Positions 36,388 to 45,157 of a stretch of DNA of 64,000 nt are shown here, in pieces (within the stretch, counting starts at the first letter, position 1; every line of letters begins with the position of its first letter). The position numbers were made by a program, and so were the translations under genes. The notes beneath the pieces were generated by a model. That model did not search any database and was not told the DNA's origin. It saw only the letters and a list, made by a program, of their open reading frames with translations. The stretch comes from Ilumatobacteraceae bacterium. GTDB taxonomy: Bacteria > Actinomycetota > Acidimicrobiia > Acidimicrobiales > Ilumatobacteraceae. The stretch spans positions 31,428 through 95,427 of the forward strand of contig CAWBZS010000012.1 in NCBI GenBank assembly GCA_963793335.1. Direction: 5' to 3'.

Positions 36388-38118
36388 CTACAGGTACTGA
36401 CCGGTGGCGACGCGCTCGATGGCACGCCCACCTGACGCATCGGTTTCGGCGGCCTCCGACACCAGGGTGCGGATGAACACGATGCGCTCGCCCTTCTTGC
36501 CCGAGATCTTGGCCCAGTCGTCGGGGTTGGTGGTGTTGGGCAGGTCCTCGTGTTCCTTGTACTCCTGCTTGATCGAGTCGAGGAGGTCCTGGGTACACAC
36601 ACCCTTGGCTCCCCCATCGATCACCCGCTTGATCGCGAGCTTCTTGGCCCGCCGCACCACGTTCTCGATCATGGCTCCCGACGAGAAGTCCTTGTAGAAG
36701 AGAATCTCCTTGTCGCCGTTCTGGTAGGTCACCTCGAGGAACCGATTGGCTTCGTCGTCGCGATACATCTCGGCCACCGTTGCGTCGAGCATGTCCGGGA
36801 TCGACTCACCCTCCATGATCGGGATCTCGTCGGTGAGATACCGGGCGAAGATCGATCGGGCCGCTTCGGCGTTGGGGCGCTCGATCTTGATCTTCACGTC
36901 GAGGCGTCCGGGCCGCAGAATGGCGGGGTCGATCAGATCCTCGCGGTTGGTCGCCCCGATCACGATGACGTTCTTCAACCCCTCGACACCGTCGATTTCC
37001 GACAACAGCTGCGGCACGATCGTGGACTCCATGTCGGAGCTGATCCCCGAACCACGTGTTCGGAACATCGAGTCCATCTCGTCGAAGAACACGATCACCG
37101 GCCAACCCTCGTCACTCTTTTCGCGCGCCCGCTGGAACACCAGACGAATCTGACGCTCGGTCTCGCCGACGTACTTGTTGAGCAGTTCGGGCCCCTTGAT
37201 GTTGATGAAGTAGCTCCGGCCCTTGCCCTCGCCGATCGTTTCGGCGACCTTCTTGGCAAGGCTGTTGGCCACCGCCTTGGCGATCAGTGTCTTGCCGCAC
37301 CCGGGCGGTCCGTAGAGCAGAATCCCCTTGGGGGCGGGCAACTGGTGCTCTGCGAACAGGTCCTGGTGCAAGAACGGCAGTTCGACCGCATCGGCGATCT
37401 GTTCGATCTGCTCATCGAGTCCGCCGATGTCGGTGTAGGCGATGTCGGGAACCTCCTCGAGCAGCAGGTGTTCGACCTCCGGTCGAGGGAGCTTCTCCAA
37501 CAACAGGTTCGACCTGGTGTCGAGGCGCAGGTGATCGCCCGTTCGGATGTGCGTACCCCGAATGGCGTCGGCACGTTCGCACACGCGCTCCTCGTCTGCC
37601 CGACCGACGACCACGATGCGGATGCCGTCCTCCATCACCTCTTTCACCGTGACGACCTCGCCGGTGATCTCCGGCGTGCGGGCCATCACCACGTTGTAGC
37701 TCTCGTTCAGCACGACCTCGGCGCCACGGTCGAGCAGTTCGTGGTCGATGTCCGGATGCAACGCCACGCGCATCTTGCGCCCGCTGGTGAGGATGTCGAC
37801 GGTGTCGTCGTCGTTCTTGCCGACGACGATGCCGTACGCCGACGGCGGTTGCGACAGCTTGTCGACCTCGTCTCGGAGCGTGGCGATGTGTTCGCGAGCC
37901 TCCCGGAGCGTGTACGAGAGCTTTTCGTTCTGCCCGACGGCCGCTGCGAGTTGGCCCTTGGTCTCGAGCAGACGTTCTTCGAGCGAATGCACTCGCTTGG
38001 GGCCATCGGCAAGGCGCGCTCGAAGGTGGGAGATCTCGTCCTGGAGCGCTGCGAGTTGCTCGTGTTCATCGGCTCCAGCGTCGTTGGTCGACCGTGCATC
38101 GTCCGCAGAGGTTGCCAT
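36388..38118 (-). CDS. arc: proteasome-associated AAA ATPase Arc/Mpa
   Basis: N-terminal coiled coil, Walker A GPPGCGKT, Walker [10 protein letters not shown], and the C-terminal proteasome-docking ...TGQYL. The ATG at 38116-38118 is preferred over the ORF-track start at 38220. Confidence 0.9.
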   Translation of the reverse strand: MATSADDARSTNDAGADEHEQLAALQDEISHLRARLADGPKRVHSLEERLLETKGQLAAAVGQNEKLSYTLREAREHIATLRDEVDKLSQPPSAYGIVVGKNDDDTVDILTSGRKMRVALHPDIDHELLDRGAEVVLNESYNVVMARTPEITGEVVTVKEVMEDGIRIVVVGRADEERVCERADAIRGTHIRTGDHLRLDTRSNLLLEKLPRPEVEHLLLEEVPDIAYTDIGGLDEQIEQIADAVELPFLHQDLFAEHQLPAPKGILLYGPPGCGKTLIAKAVANSLAKKVAETIGEGKGRSYFINIKGPELLNKYVGETERQIRLVFQRAREKSDEGWPVIVFFDEMDSMFRTRGSGISSDMESTIVPQLLSEIDGVEGLKNVIVIGATNREDLIDPAILRPGRLDVKIKIERPNAEAARSIFARYLTDEIPIMEGESIPDMLDATVAEMYRDDEANRFLEVTYQNGDKEILFYKDFSSGAMIENVVRRAKKLAIKRVIDGGAKGVCTQDLLDSIKQEYKEHEDLPNTTNPDDWAKISGKKGERIVFIRTLVSEAAETDASGGRAIERVATGQYL

Positions 38119-38241
38119 GGACCGAATGTACACGCGGACGCCGGAATCGTGTTTGCACGTGCTTGGCCGTGTAAACTGATCGTCACAGAACGGCGGGCCA
38201 CGCGTCCGCTCAACCGTCACTCAACGAGGAGCCCCACTGAC

Positions 38242-38487
38242 ATGAAGGTCTGGATCGACCAGGATCTGTGCACCGGCGACGGCCTGTGCGAGGAGATCGC
38301 CCCCGACGTCTTCACCCTGCTCGACGATGGGCTCGCCTACGTCGTCGAGGGCGACAAGATCTTCGCGGAAGCCAAGGGCAACGCCCAGGGCGCAGAGGGC
38401 CTCGCCGAGATTCCCGATGGGCAGCTCGAAGCGGTCATCGAGTCCGCCGAGGAGTGCCCCGGCGAGTGCATCTACATCGAGCCCTGA
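38242..38487 (+). CDS. small ferredoxin (single-cluster 3Fe-4S/4Fe-4S type)
   Basis: MKVWIDQDLCTGDGLCEEIAPDVF...ESAEECPGECIYIEP carries the C-x2-G/D-x2-C ... CP pattern. AGGAG lies 10-14 nt upstream of the ATG at 38242. It is the 3' end of a long spurious ORF in the track. Confidence 0.85.
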   Translation: MKVWIDQDLCTGDGLCEEIAPDVFTLLDDGLAYVVEGDKIFAEAKGNAQGAEGLAEIPDGQLEAVIESAEECPGECIYIEP

Positions 38488-38498
38488 CGTCGCACTGC

Positions 38499-38537
38499 GG
38501 TGAGATTCGTGGGCCCCGGCCGCACGAATCTCTCACC
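38499..38537. terminator. imperfect hairpin between the convergent ferredoxin and trmI genes (candidate bidirectional terminator)
   Basis: GGTGAGATTCGTG (38499-38511) pairs with CACGAATCTCTCACC (38523-37), leaving a 2-nt bulge and a GC-rich apical loop. Confidence 0.4.
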
Positions 38538-38610
38538 TGAGCGCCGAGGTCGGCGTCCGCGGTGAGCATTGCGTGCGGCACCGCCACTCACCGCTCACCG
38601 CACGCGTGGG

Positions 38611-39399
38611 TCAGGTGGGATTTCGTCCGAGGAACCGGGCCACGCTCAAGAACGCCGTGTGCGCCACCATTCGATGGTCAGGGCGAACCGCCTGGCCCTC
38701 GATGTGCCACCCACGGTGCAGCACCTCGATGGTGCGAGCATCGATCCACTTGCCCTTCAACGCTTCCCGGACCTGCACCGCCTGGGTGATCGACGGCGTG
38801 TACGCCAGGAGCAACCCGCCGGGTTGGAGCACCGCTTCGGCCTTGGGCACGACGTCCCACGGCTGGGGCAGATCGAGCACGACCCGGTCGAACATCCCGT
38901 GCGCCGGGTCGATCCCCTCGTAGCTGTCGGCGATGTGGACGTCGTACCGGTCCAGCGCAGCCGGCCCCAGAAAGCTCTCCACGTTCTTGCGGGCCCGGTT
39001 CGCGAAGTCCTCACGAATCTCGTAGCCGACGATGTCCGCTCCGTAGCGCAGCATCGTCATCGACAGCGCACCCGACCCGATCCCGGTCTCGAACACACGA
39101 GTGCCCGGCCCGATGTCGGCGAGCATGCAGATCGGGGCGAGGTCCTTCGGGTAGATCACCTGGGCGCCGCGTGGCATCTCGACCACGAAGTCCTCGAGCG
39201 TCGGGCGAAGCACCGTGTACTCCGACCCCTTCGTGGAACGAACGACCACGCCCTCGCGCTGGCCGATCACCTCGGTGTGGGGCACGAAACCGTTGTGGCT
39301 GTGGAACTCGCCGGCCTCGGCCAGGTCGATCAGGTAGCGACGCTTCTTCGTGTCGAGCAGCAGGGCCTTCTCCCCCGCTGCGAATGCTCCGGTTGTCAT
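38611..39399 (-). CDS. trmI: tRNA (adenine58-N1)-methyltransferase TrmI
   Basis: The N-terminal beta domain (GEKALLLDTKKRRYLIDLAEAGEFHSHNGFVPH), QVIYPKDLAPI and the SAM motif GTRVFETGIGSGALS are all present. The ATG at 39397-39399 overlaps the upstream gene's stop (ATGA). Proximity to arc is conserved in actinobacteria. Confidence 0.85.
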   Translation of the reverse strand: MTTGAFAAGEKALLLDTKKRRYLIDLAEAGEFHSHNGFVPHTEVIGQREGVVVRSTKGSEYTVLRPTLEDFVVEMPRGAQVIYPKDLAPICMLADIGPGTRVFETGIGSGALSMTMLRYGADIVGYEIREDFANRARKNVESFLGPAALDRYDVHIADSYEGIDPAHGMFDRVVLDLPQPWDVVPKAEAVLQPGGLLLAYTPSITQAVQVREALKGKWIDARTIEVLHRGWHIEGQAVRPDHRMVAHTAFLSVARFLGRNPT

Positions 39400-40370
39400 C
39401 GACGCCCTTTCGAGTTCGTTTGCTTCAACATCATCTCGACCGGCACGGGATCGTGCGCGCTCGCTTTGTCGACCAGCCGACAGAATGCACACACAGCACC
39501 CGTGGTCGCCGACCCGCAACGTTCGCATCGGCGCAGATCACCCGCGGCCGAGGCCGACCTTCCGACGAGGAGCGGCGCCATACGCTCGAGAAAGCCGAGA
39601 TAGAACGAGGCCTTGGCTCCCGGAGACCTCGCCTCCACGGCATTGAGCGACTCCTTGTAGGCCAGGTGCCGGTTGCCGACTGCAATCGGGCACTCCTCGA
39701 CCACGTAGTCGATCCCACGCACCAGACACCACGCTGCCATCTCACGTTCGGTGAGCCGCACCAGCGGCTTGACCTTCTTCGGAAGTCCGTTGCCCGCCGG
39801 CAGCACGGGCAGCTGGCGCGCCAGGTACTCGATGTCCCAACGCAGGGTGTTCCCGAACAGGACTGCCGCCTCGTCGTCGAGGTTGTGCCCGGTGACGACC
39901 ACGTCGTAGCCGCCGTCGAGCGCGGCCTGATCGAACAGATGCCGCTTCGACAATCCGCACGCCGAGCAGGGCACACGGCCCGTCGCCTTCGACGCCGTCG
40001 GGATGTCGTAGCCGTACTCGTCGCGCAGGTCGATCGTGCGCAACGTCAGCCCTCGCTCGTCGGCGAAGCGACGCACGTAGCCGCCGCTGTCATCGGAGTA
40101 GTCGCCGATGCCGAGGCCAACGTAGAGGCCATCTGCCTGGTAGCCGGCCTCGATCAGCATGTCCCACACGGCGAGGCTGTCCTTGCCACCGCTGACGGCG
40201 ACCAGAATTCGATCGTCGGCCGACAGCATGTCGAAGTCGTCGATCGCCTTGGCCATCTGACGTCGGCACAGCTGCTGCAGGTGTTCGGCGCAGAACTTGG
40301 CGTTGTGGCGCGGCAGGTCGATGACCGCGGGCGCCTTGCACACTCGGCACTTGCTTCCAACGGCGGTCAC
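39396..40370 (-). CDS. ttuA: TtuA/TtcA-family PP-loop tRNA 2-thiolation enzyme (TtuA-like)
   Basis: N-terminal zinc finger CRVC...CAEH, PP-loop VAVSGGKDS, Fe-S ligands CSAC and EECP, and C-terminal zinc finger CERC...CAFC. At 324 aa this is the TtuA architecture. Confidence 0.8.
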   Translation of the reverse strand: MTAVGSKCRVCKAPAVIDLPRHNAKFCAEHLQQLCRRQMAKAIDDFDMLSADDRILVAVSGGKDSLAVWDMLIEAGYQADGLYVGLGIGDYSDDSGGYVRRFADERGLTLRTIDLRDEYGYDIPTASKATGRVPCSACGLSKRHLFDQAALDGGYDVVVTGHNLDDEAAVLFGNTLRWDIEYLARQLPVLPAGNGLPKKVKPLVRLTEREMAAWCLVRGIDYVVEECPIAVGNRHLAYKESLNAVEARSPGAKASFYLGFLERMAPLLVGRSASAAGDLRRCERCGSATTGAVCAFCRLVDKASAHDPVPVEMMLKQTNSKGRR

Positions 40371-40383
40371 GCGGCGACCACCA

Positions 40384-40584
40384 TCACACGGCTCCGCCCG
40401 AGATGACGGGACGCACCTCGATCGTGTCGTCCTCGTCGAGGCGGGTATCGCCGGGGACGAGCGTGCCGTTGCGGATCACCAGGTGCGCCTCACGGCTCAA
40501 TCCGAGGTCGTCGAGCAGTCGGTCGACGCTGCGGTTCCCGGCGATCTCGAGTTCCCGCCGCGGGTTGCGCAGCAGGACTTTCAC
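40384..40584 (-). CDS. ThiS/MoaD/TtuB-like ubiquitin-fold sulfur carrier, ending GG-AV
   Basis: 66 aa: VKVLLRNPRRELEIAG...LVIRNGTLVPGDTRLDEDDTIEVRPVISGGAV. It has the beta-grasp sulfur-carrier pattern, with a Gly-Gly two residues before the stop. The GTG at 40582-40584 overlaps the upstream stop (GTGA). It is the 3' part of ORF 40384..40806. Confidence 0.65.
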   Translation of the reverse strand: MKVLLRNPRRELEIAGNRSVDRLLDDLGLSREAHLVIRNGTLVPGDTRLDEDDTIEVRPVISGGAV

Positions 40585-40892
40585 GATGCTCGCTGCGCCG
40601 CCTCGAGATCGGCGCGTGCCGCTGCAGCAAGTTTGGCCTTGGTGATGCCGAGACGCTTCGCCTGGCGACGGGTCAGCGGATTCGCTGCCGCCACGGTGAG
40701 CACGCTGCCAGCCGCGATGGTTCGCCTGCCGAGTTGCTCGGGCTGACTGCCGAAGACCTTCCGGAGGCTGTTCTCGAAGACGATGATGAGGGCGACGACC
40801 CGCCACACCCGGCTGGGGCCGAACAGACCACGGCGCATCGCCTTGCGCCGAATGATGTACTTCGGCCGAAACAGGACCGGGAGCTGCGCCAT
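40581..40892 (-). CDS. hypothetical basic protein (103 aa)
   Basis: An ORF translationally coupled on both sides: 1-nt overlap upstream and 4-nt overlap downstream. It has one hydrophobic stretch, VWRVVALIIVF. No family was recognised. Confidence 0.45.
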   Translation of the reverse strand: MAQLPVLFRPKYIIRRKAMRRGLFGPSRVWRVVALIIVFENSLRKVFGSQPEQLGRRTIAAGSVLTVAAANPLTRRQAKRLGITKAKLAAAARADLEAAQRAS

Positions 40893-41113
40893 CAGATGCG
40901 TCGGATCTCGACGATCGTGCTGCGCTTCTTGCCGGCGCGCTTGCCGAGCAGGAAGAAGATCACCAACAGCACCACCCCGCCTGCGGCAGCCGCAGTTGCG
41001 ATGGTCGACTTCTGGTCGTCGACCTTCTCCTTCACGTCGCCCTGCAACAACCTGAGCTTGTTCTCGAGGTCCTGCGGGGTGATCTTGGTGGCCTCAGCCG
41101 TGTTCTTCGCCAT
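40892..41113 (-). CDS. small tail-anchored membrane protein (73 aa)
   Basis: A helical N-terminus (DLENKLRLLQGDVKEKVDDQKS) followed by the TM AAAAGGVVLLVIFFLLG and the basic KRAGKKR. Confidence 0.5.
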   Translation of the reverse strand: MAKNTAEATKITPQDLENKLRLLQGDVKEKVDDQKSTIATAAAAGGVVLLVIFFLLGKRAGKKRSTIVEIRRI

Positions 41114-41125
41114 GACGCAGGCTCC

Positions 41126-41512
41126 TTACTTCGGTTCTTTGTGAAGGGTCGACTTCTTGATGCGCTGCAGTGTGAGCAACAACAGCACCACGGCGACCAC
41201 CAGCACGATCAGGTACGACAGCCACGACAGGTTGCCCGAGGACGATCGATCCCACTCCGTCTGCAGCAGGCGAAGCAGACCAACGAGCATCAGCACCAGG
41301 CCGAGGCCGAGCGCAGCGGCGGCAGCGAATCCGTACCCGAGCCAACTCCCGGCGCCGCGGAGCGGACCGAGGGTCTCTTGCTTCGCGTAGGCCTTCACAT
41401 AGTCGACAACCTCGCCGATCGATGCGTCTTCGGCCTGCTTTGCCTTCTCCGCTTGGCGAGCCAAGCGCTGTTCGAGATCGCTGGTGTCTGACACGGTCAT
41501 CTTGTCTATCAC
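41126..41512 (-). CDS. putative actinobacterial holin-X (Phage_holin_3_6-like) two-TM membrane protein
   Basis: Amphipathic N-terminus, then YAKQETLGPLRGAGSWLGYGFAAAAALGLGLVLMLVGLL, a loop, then WLSYLIVLVVAVVLLLLTLQRIKK. This layout matches the family as I remember it. The start is GTG 41512 (overlapping the upstream stop) or ATG 41500. Confidence 0.55.
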   Translation of the reverse strand: MIDKMTVSDTSDLEQRLARQAEKAKQAEDASIGEVVDYVKAYAKQETLGPLRGAGSWLGYGFAAAAALGLGLVLMLVGLLRLLQTEWDRSSSGNLSWLSYLIVLVVAVVLLLLTLQRIKKSTLHKEPK

Positions 41513-42165
41513 GAAAGCCGGAACTTCAACATGGCTTCGACGTCGTCGAGGATCTCATCGAGCGCATCGAGGCGCGCCGCTGGCCCCGGTGCGGCCAGGA
41601 GCCTGAAACGGTCCGCCGGACCGATCGGCGCAAGCGTCGCCAGGTGGTACGAAGCGAGCAACGGATCGTCCGAGATGTCGTCGTCGTCATCGAATTGCCC
41701 GATCTCCATCTCCTCCGGCTCGAGTCCTGCCGTCTGCGCTTCGGCGCGTGCTGCCAGCTCGCGGGCAGCTCGCACACGTGCGTGCGACGCCGCGACGTTG
41801 ACCGCGAGGCCCGGGGCGTCCGGGTCTTCGTCCGGCCAGTCCTCGACATCGGCAAGCGGGTACGGGTCGTCGGGAAGCCAGGCATTGATCCGAATTCGTC
41901 GGGTTCCGACCGCGACGAGCGCGTACCGATCTTCGTCGAGCGCATCCACCTGCAGCATCTGGGCAACGGTGCCGACGAGCGCCCGGTCGTCGCCACCACC
42001 GGTCTCCCAGCCGTGGGTGATCAGGGCCTGACCGAACTCAGGTTCACCGTCGCCGCGAAGGCAGTCTCGGATCATGTCCCGGTATCGGGGCTCGAAGACG
42101 TGCAGCGGAAGGATGCCGCCGGGCAACAGCACCGAGCCGAGCGGGAACATCGGCATCACCGCCAT
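41509..42165 (-). CDS. LON N-terminal (substrate-binding, PUA-like) domain protein
   Basis: MPMFPLGSVLLPGGILPLHVFEPRYRDMIRDCL is the canonical Lon-N start. There is no ATPase or protease domain. Confidence 0.75.
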   Translation of the reverse strand: MAVMPMFPLGSVLLPGGILPLHVFEPRYRDMIRDCLRGDGEPEFGQALITHGWETGGGDDRALVGTVAQMLQVDALDEDRYALVAVGTRRIRINAWLPDDPYPLADVEDWPDEDPDAPGLAVNVAASHARVRAARELAARAEAQTAGLEPEEMEIGQFDDDDDISDDPLLASYHLATLAPIGPADRFRLLAAPGPAARLDALDEILDDVEAMLKFRLS

Positions 42166-42170
42166 GTCGA

Positions 42171-43661
42171 TCAGCGCGGTCCGTACGGCGCGACGTCCGT
42201 GTCGGCCGGGTAGGCGGCGAGGCGTTCGACGAGCGCACCCCAGTACGGGAGGTAGCCGTCTGTGGTCACGAATCCCTGACCGTTGAGCACAATTGCAAAC
42301 GAGATCGTCTCCCCGGTGTCGACCGGCAGGTAGCCGGCCAGCGCCTTGACCTCCGGCGGGTCCTCGTCCAGTGGAGGGTTGGCAAGGGTGCCGGTCTTCG
42401 CCGTCAGGGACGCTTCGACGGCCGTGCCGATGAGTTCATCCGACAGGGTTCCCGTTCGTCCAGCCACCGGAAGACCGCCGGCGACGTCGGAGTCACGAAG
42501 GTGTTCCAGCACACCGATCAGCGTGTCACACGTGAGGCGATTCGTCGCACTGAGCCCCGAGCCGTCGACCAGTTCGACGTTGTCGGTCGGCACACCCCAC
42601 GAGGTGAGCGACTGCTCGATCACTGCCAGGCCGGCGGCGGTGGATCCAGCCTCCCCTGCGACCAGACCGATCTCCTTGACGAGCATCTCGGCGATGTCGT
42701 TGTCGCTGCGCGTCAGCATGTCGGCCACGATCTCGCCGAGGGGCGGCGACGACACGCTGGCGATCGGCGAGGTTTGGTCCACGGCGCTGCCCGACTCCCA
42801 ACCGTTGAACACCGCGACGCCCCGGTTGCGCAGCAGCCGGACGAGTTCACGGGCAGCAGCCTCGCCCGGGTCGCTCTGACGAGCCGAACGTCCCACCACT
42901 CGTCCGTCGTTGGCGACGAGTCCCGCGATGGGTCCAGCATCGACCAGCGCCACACCGGGCCCCCACGCCTCGTTGGTCGTGTCGTCGACGTAGCGGGACG
43001 CGTCACCGACCACGGAACCGCGGATCGTGACGATGCCTGCATCGACGATGGCGTCGGCGAGCGCGTCGAGCGGAGTGGTGATCGCCGGGCGTTCGCCGCT
43101 GTCGACATCGTTGGCCCAGAGGACCGGATCGCCCCCGCCGACGAGGAACACGTCGCCATCGATGACTCCGTCGACCGCCGGGGGGCCGACGACCTCGGTG
43201 GTGAAGACGTAGTCGGCGCCGAGCTCCTCCACTGCCGCCCCACCGACGATCAGCTTGATCGTGCTCGCCGGGATGACGGCCGTGTCCTGATTCCGAGCCG
43301 ACACGGTGCGACCATCGACGGCAACCGAGACACAGGACCGTGGATCGACGAAGGCGTAGAGCTGTTCCATCGCCTCGCCGAGCAGTCGGTCATTCGCCGC
43401 CGTCTGCAGGCGCGCTGGCGTGCGACGGAAGCTCACGACCGGCGTCGAGAGCGCAGGCGCCGCATCGTTCGCGGCGACCACGGCGGTGGGGATCTCGAGC
43501 GAGCCAGTTTCGTGCGCATCGGCCTCGCGGTCGCTCCACACCTGCAACACCAGGAGTGCAGCGGCAGGCACGAGCGCCAGGACGATCAGCGCCAGCAGTG
43601 GCGTGGCCCGGTATCGCACCGGCATCCCCTCCGGGGCGAACGGATCGTCGAAGGAACTCAT
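42171..43661 (-). CDS. D-alanyl-D-alanine carboxypeptidase/endopeptidase, PBP4 (S13) family, paralogue 1
   Basis: N-terminal TM, then ASTIKL (SxxK), SDNDIAEML (SxN) and AKTGTL (KTG). Confidence 0.8.
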   Translation of the reverse strand: MSSFDDPFAPEGMPVRYRATPLLALIVLALVPAAALLVLQVWSDREADAHETGSLEIPTAVVAANDAAPALSTPVVSFRRTPARLQTAANDRLLGEAMEQLYAFVDPRSCVSVAVDGRTVSARNQDTAVIPASTIKLIVGGAAVEELGADYVFTTEVVGPPAVDGVIDGDVFLVGGGDPVLWANDVDSGERPAITTPLDALADAIVDAGIVTIRGSVVGDASRYVDDTTNEAWGPGVALVDAGPIAGLVANDGRVVGRSARQSDPGEAAARELVRLLRNRGVAVFNGWESGSAVDQTSPIASVSSPPLGEIVADMLTRSDNDIAEMLVKEIGLVAGEAGSTAAGLAVIEQSLTSWGVPTDNVELVDGSGLSATNRLTCDTLIGVLEHLRDSDVAGGLPVAGRTGTLSDELIGTAVEASLTAKTGTLANPPLDEDPPEVKALAGYLPVDTGETISFAIVLNGQGFVTTDGYLPYWGALVERLAAYPADTDVAPYGPR

Positions 43662-45157
43662 CGGGGCCCCAGCGTTTCCGGCGGCGATGCACTCGGGTAC
43701 GTCTCGAACGCATCGGCGAGCGAATACCAGATCGGGCGGTACTCGCTCTGGTCCGCGATGGTCGGCCCGTTGAGCACGAGCGCGTACGCGAGTTCACTGC
43801 CGCCTTCGACGGGCAGGTACCCAGCGAGCGCCTTCACTGCGGGTGGATCGACGTTGAACGGTGGATTGTTCAAGGTGCCAGTCTTACCGCGAAGACGTCC
43901 CGCCACCGGATGGTCATCGAAGATGTCGCTGAGCGTGCCCGTCTGGCCCGCGACCGGCAGGCCTTGCCCAACCGCGGAGGTGAAACCCGATTGTTGCAGC
44001 ACGGTGAGCAGCCCATCGCAGGTGAGGCGATTGGCCAGGCTGAGGCCTGAGCCGTCGTCGAGAACGATCGGAGCGACGTCGACCTCCCAATCGACCAGCT
44101 GTTCTCGAACCACGTCGAGACCTGCCAGACGCGTGCCCGGAGCACCGGCGGTGACCCCCAGCTCCTTCACCAGCAACTCCGCGGTGTTGTTGTCGCTCGC
44201 TCCGAGCATCTCGGCGATCACGTCCGACAGCGGCGCCGACTCGATCGAGGCCAGCTCCACGGCGTCGACCGGCGCCACCCCGACCCCGGCTGGCGACGCC
44301 ACATCGACCCCACGCGCCTGCAGCAGCATCGTGAACTCGCGAGCCGCTCCTTCGTTCGGGTCGGCTGCTCGCAAATCGTCTCCGAGGACGCGGGCGTCGT
44401 TCGCCATCAACGCGTCGTAGGGCCCGCTCTCGATCCCAGCGACCCCGGGACCCCAGCCGGGAGCAAAGAACTCGTCGTCGTACCGGGACCCGTCGCCGAT
44501 CACCGCGCCGGTGACCGCAACGACCCCAGCGTCCACCACTCGGTCTGCGAGTGCGTCGAGCGAGGTCGGAGAGGTGACCGGGTTTCGCTCGAGGTTGGAG
44601 CTCGGATACCAGTCCGAGGAGAGCAATGGATCGCCTCCGCCGACGAGCACCAGGTCACCGTCGATCACACCGTCCACCGGTTCGGCGGCAGCGACGACCC
44701 TGGTCGTGTACCGGAAGTCGGCTCCGAGTTGCTCGAGTGCCGTTGCCGCCACGGGCAGCTTCTGATTGCTCGCCGGGATCACCGCAAGCTCCGGATTGAG
44801 CGCCACAACCGGTTCACCGTCGAGCGACACCGAGATGCACGAACGGTCGTTGAGCAACTCGAGCGTCGGGGCGAGCTCGACCCCGAGCGCCTCGACGTTG
44901 AGTTCCCGTGAGATCACCTCGGGCAACCTCCGGAAGGCGAGCACACCGGTCGCAAGCGCATCGGCGGGCGCTTCGGCCTCGACCGGGGACGTCGATGCCG
45001 ATGCAGCATCGTCATCGCCGCGCGGGACCACCTCGTCGGCCCACACGTACACGCCGCCGAACAGCAGCGCAGGAATCACTGCCGTGAGCGCAAGCACGAT
45101 CCAGGGGCGAGCACCACGGCGCGCCGCCGAGGGCCTCGGAGTCTCCCCCGTGTTCAC
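43658..45157 (-). CDS. D-alanyl-D-alanine carboxypeptidase/endopeptidase, PBP4 (S13) family, paralogue 2
   Basis: N-terminal TM, then ASNQKL (SxxK), SDNNTAELL (SxN) and GKTGTL (KTG). It is colinear with paralogue 1 and overlaps it by 4 nt. Confidence 0.8.
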   Translation of the reverse strand: MNTGETPRPSAARRGARPWIVLALTAVIPALLFGGVYVWADEVVPRGDDDAASASTSPVEAEAPADALATGVLAFRRLPEVISRELNVEALGVELAPTLELLNDRSCISVSLDGEPVVALNPELAVIPASNQKLPVAATALEQLGADFRYTTRVVAAAEPVDGVIDGDLVLVGGGDPLLSSDWYPSSNLERNPVTSPTSLDALADRVVDAGVVAVTGAVIGDGSRYDDEFFAPGWGPGVAGIESGPYDALMANDARVLGDDLRAADPNEGAAREFTMLLQARGVDVASPAGVGVAPVDAVELASIESAPLSDVIAEMLGASDNNTAELLVKELGVTAGAPGTRLAGLDVVREQLVDWEVDVAPIVLDDGSGLSLANRLTCDGLLTVLQQSGFTSAVGQGLPVAGQTGTLSDIFDDHPVAGRLRGKTGTLNNPPFNVDPPAVKALAGYLPVEGGSELAYALVLNGPTIADQSEYRPIWYSLADAFETYPSASPPETLGPR

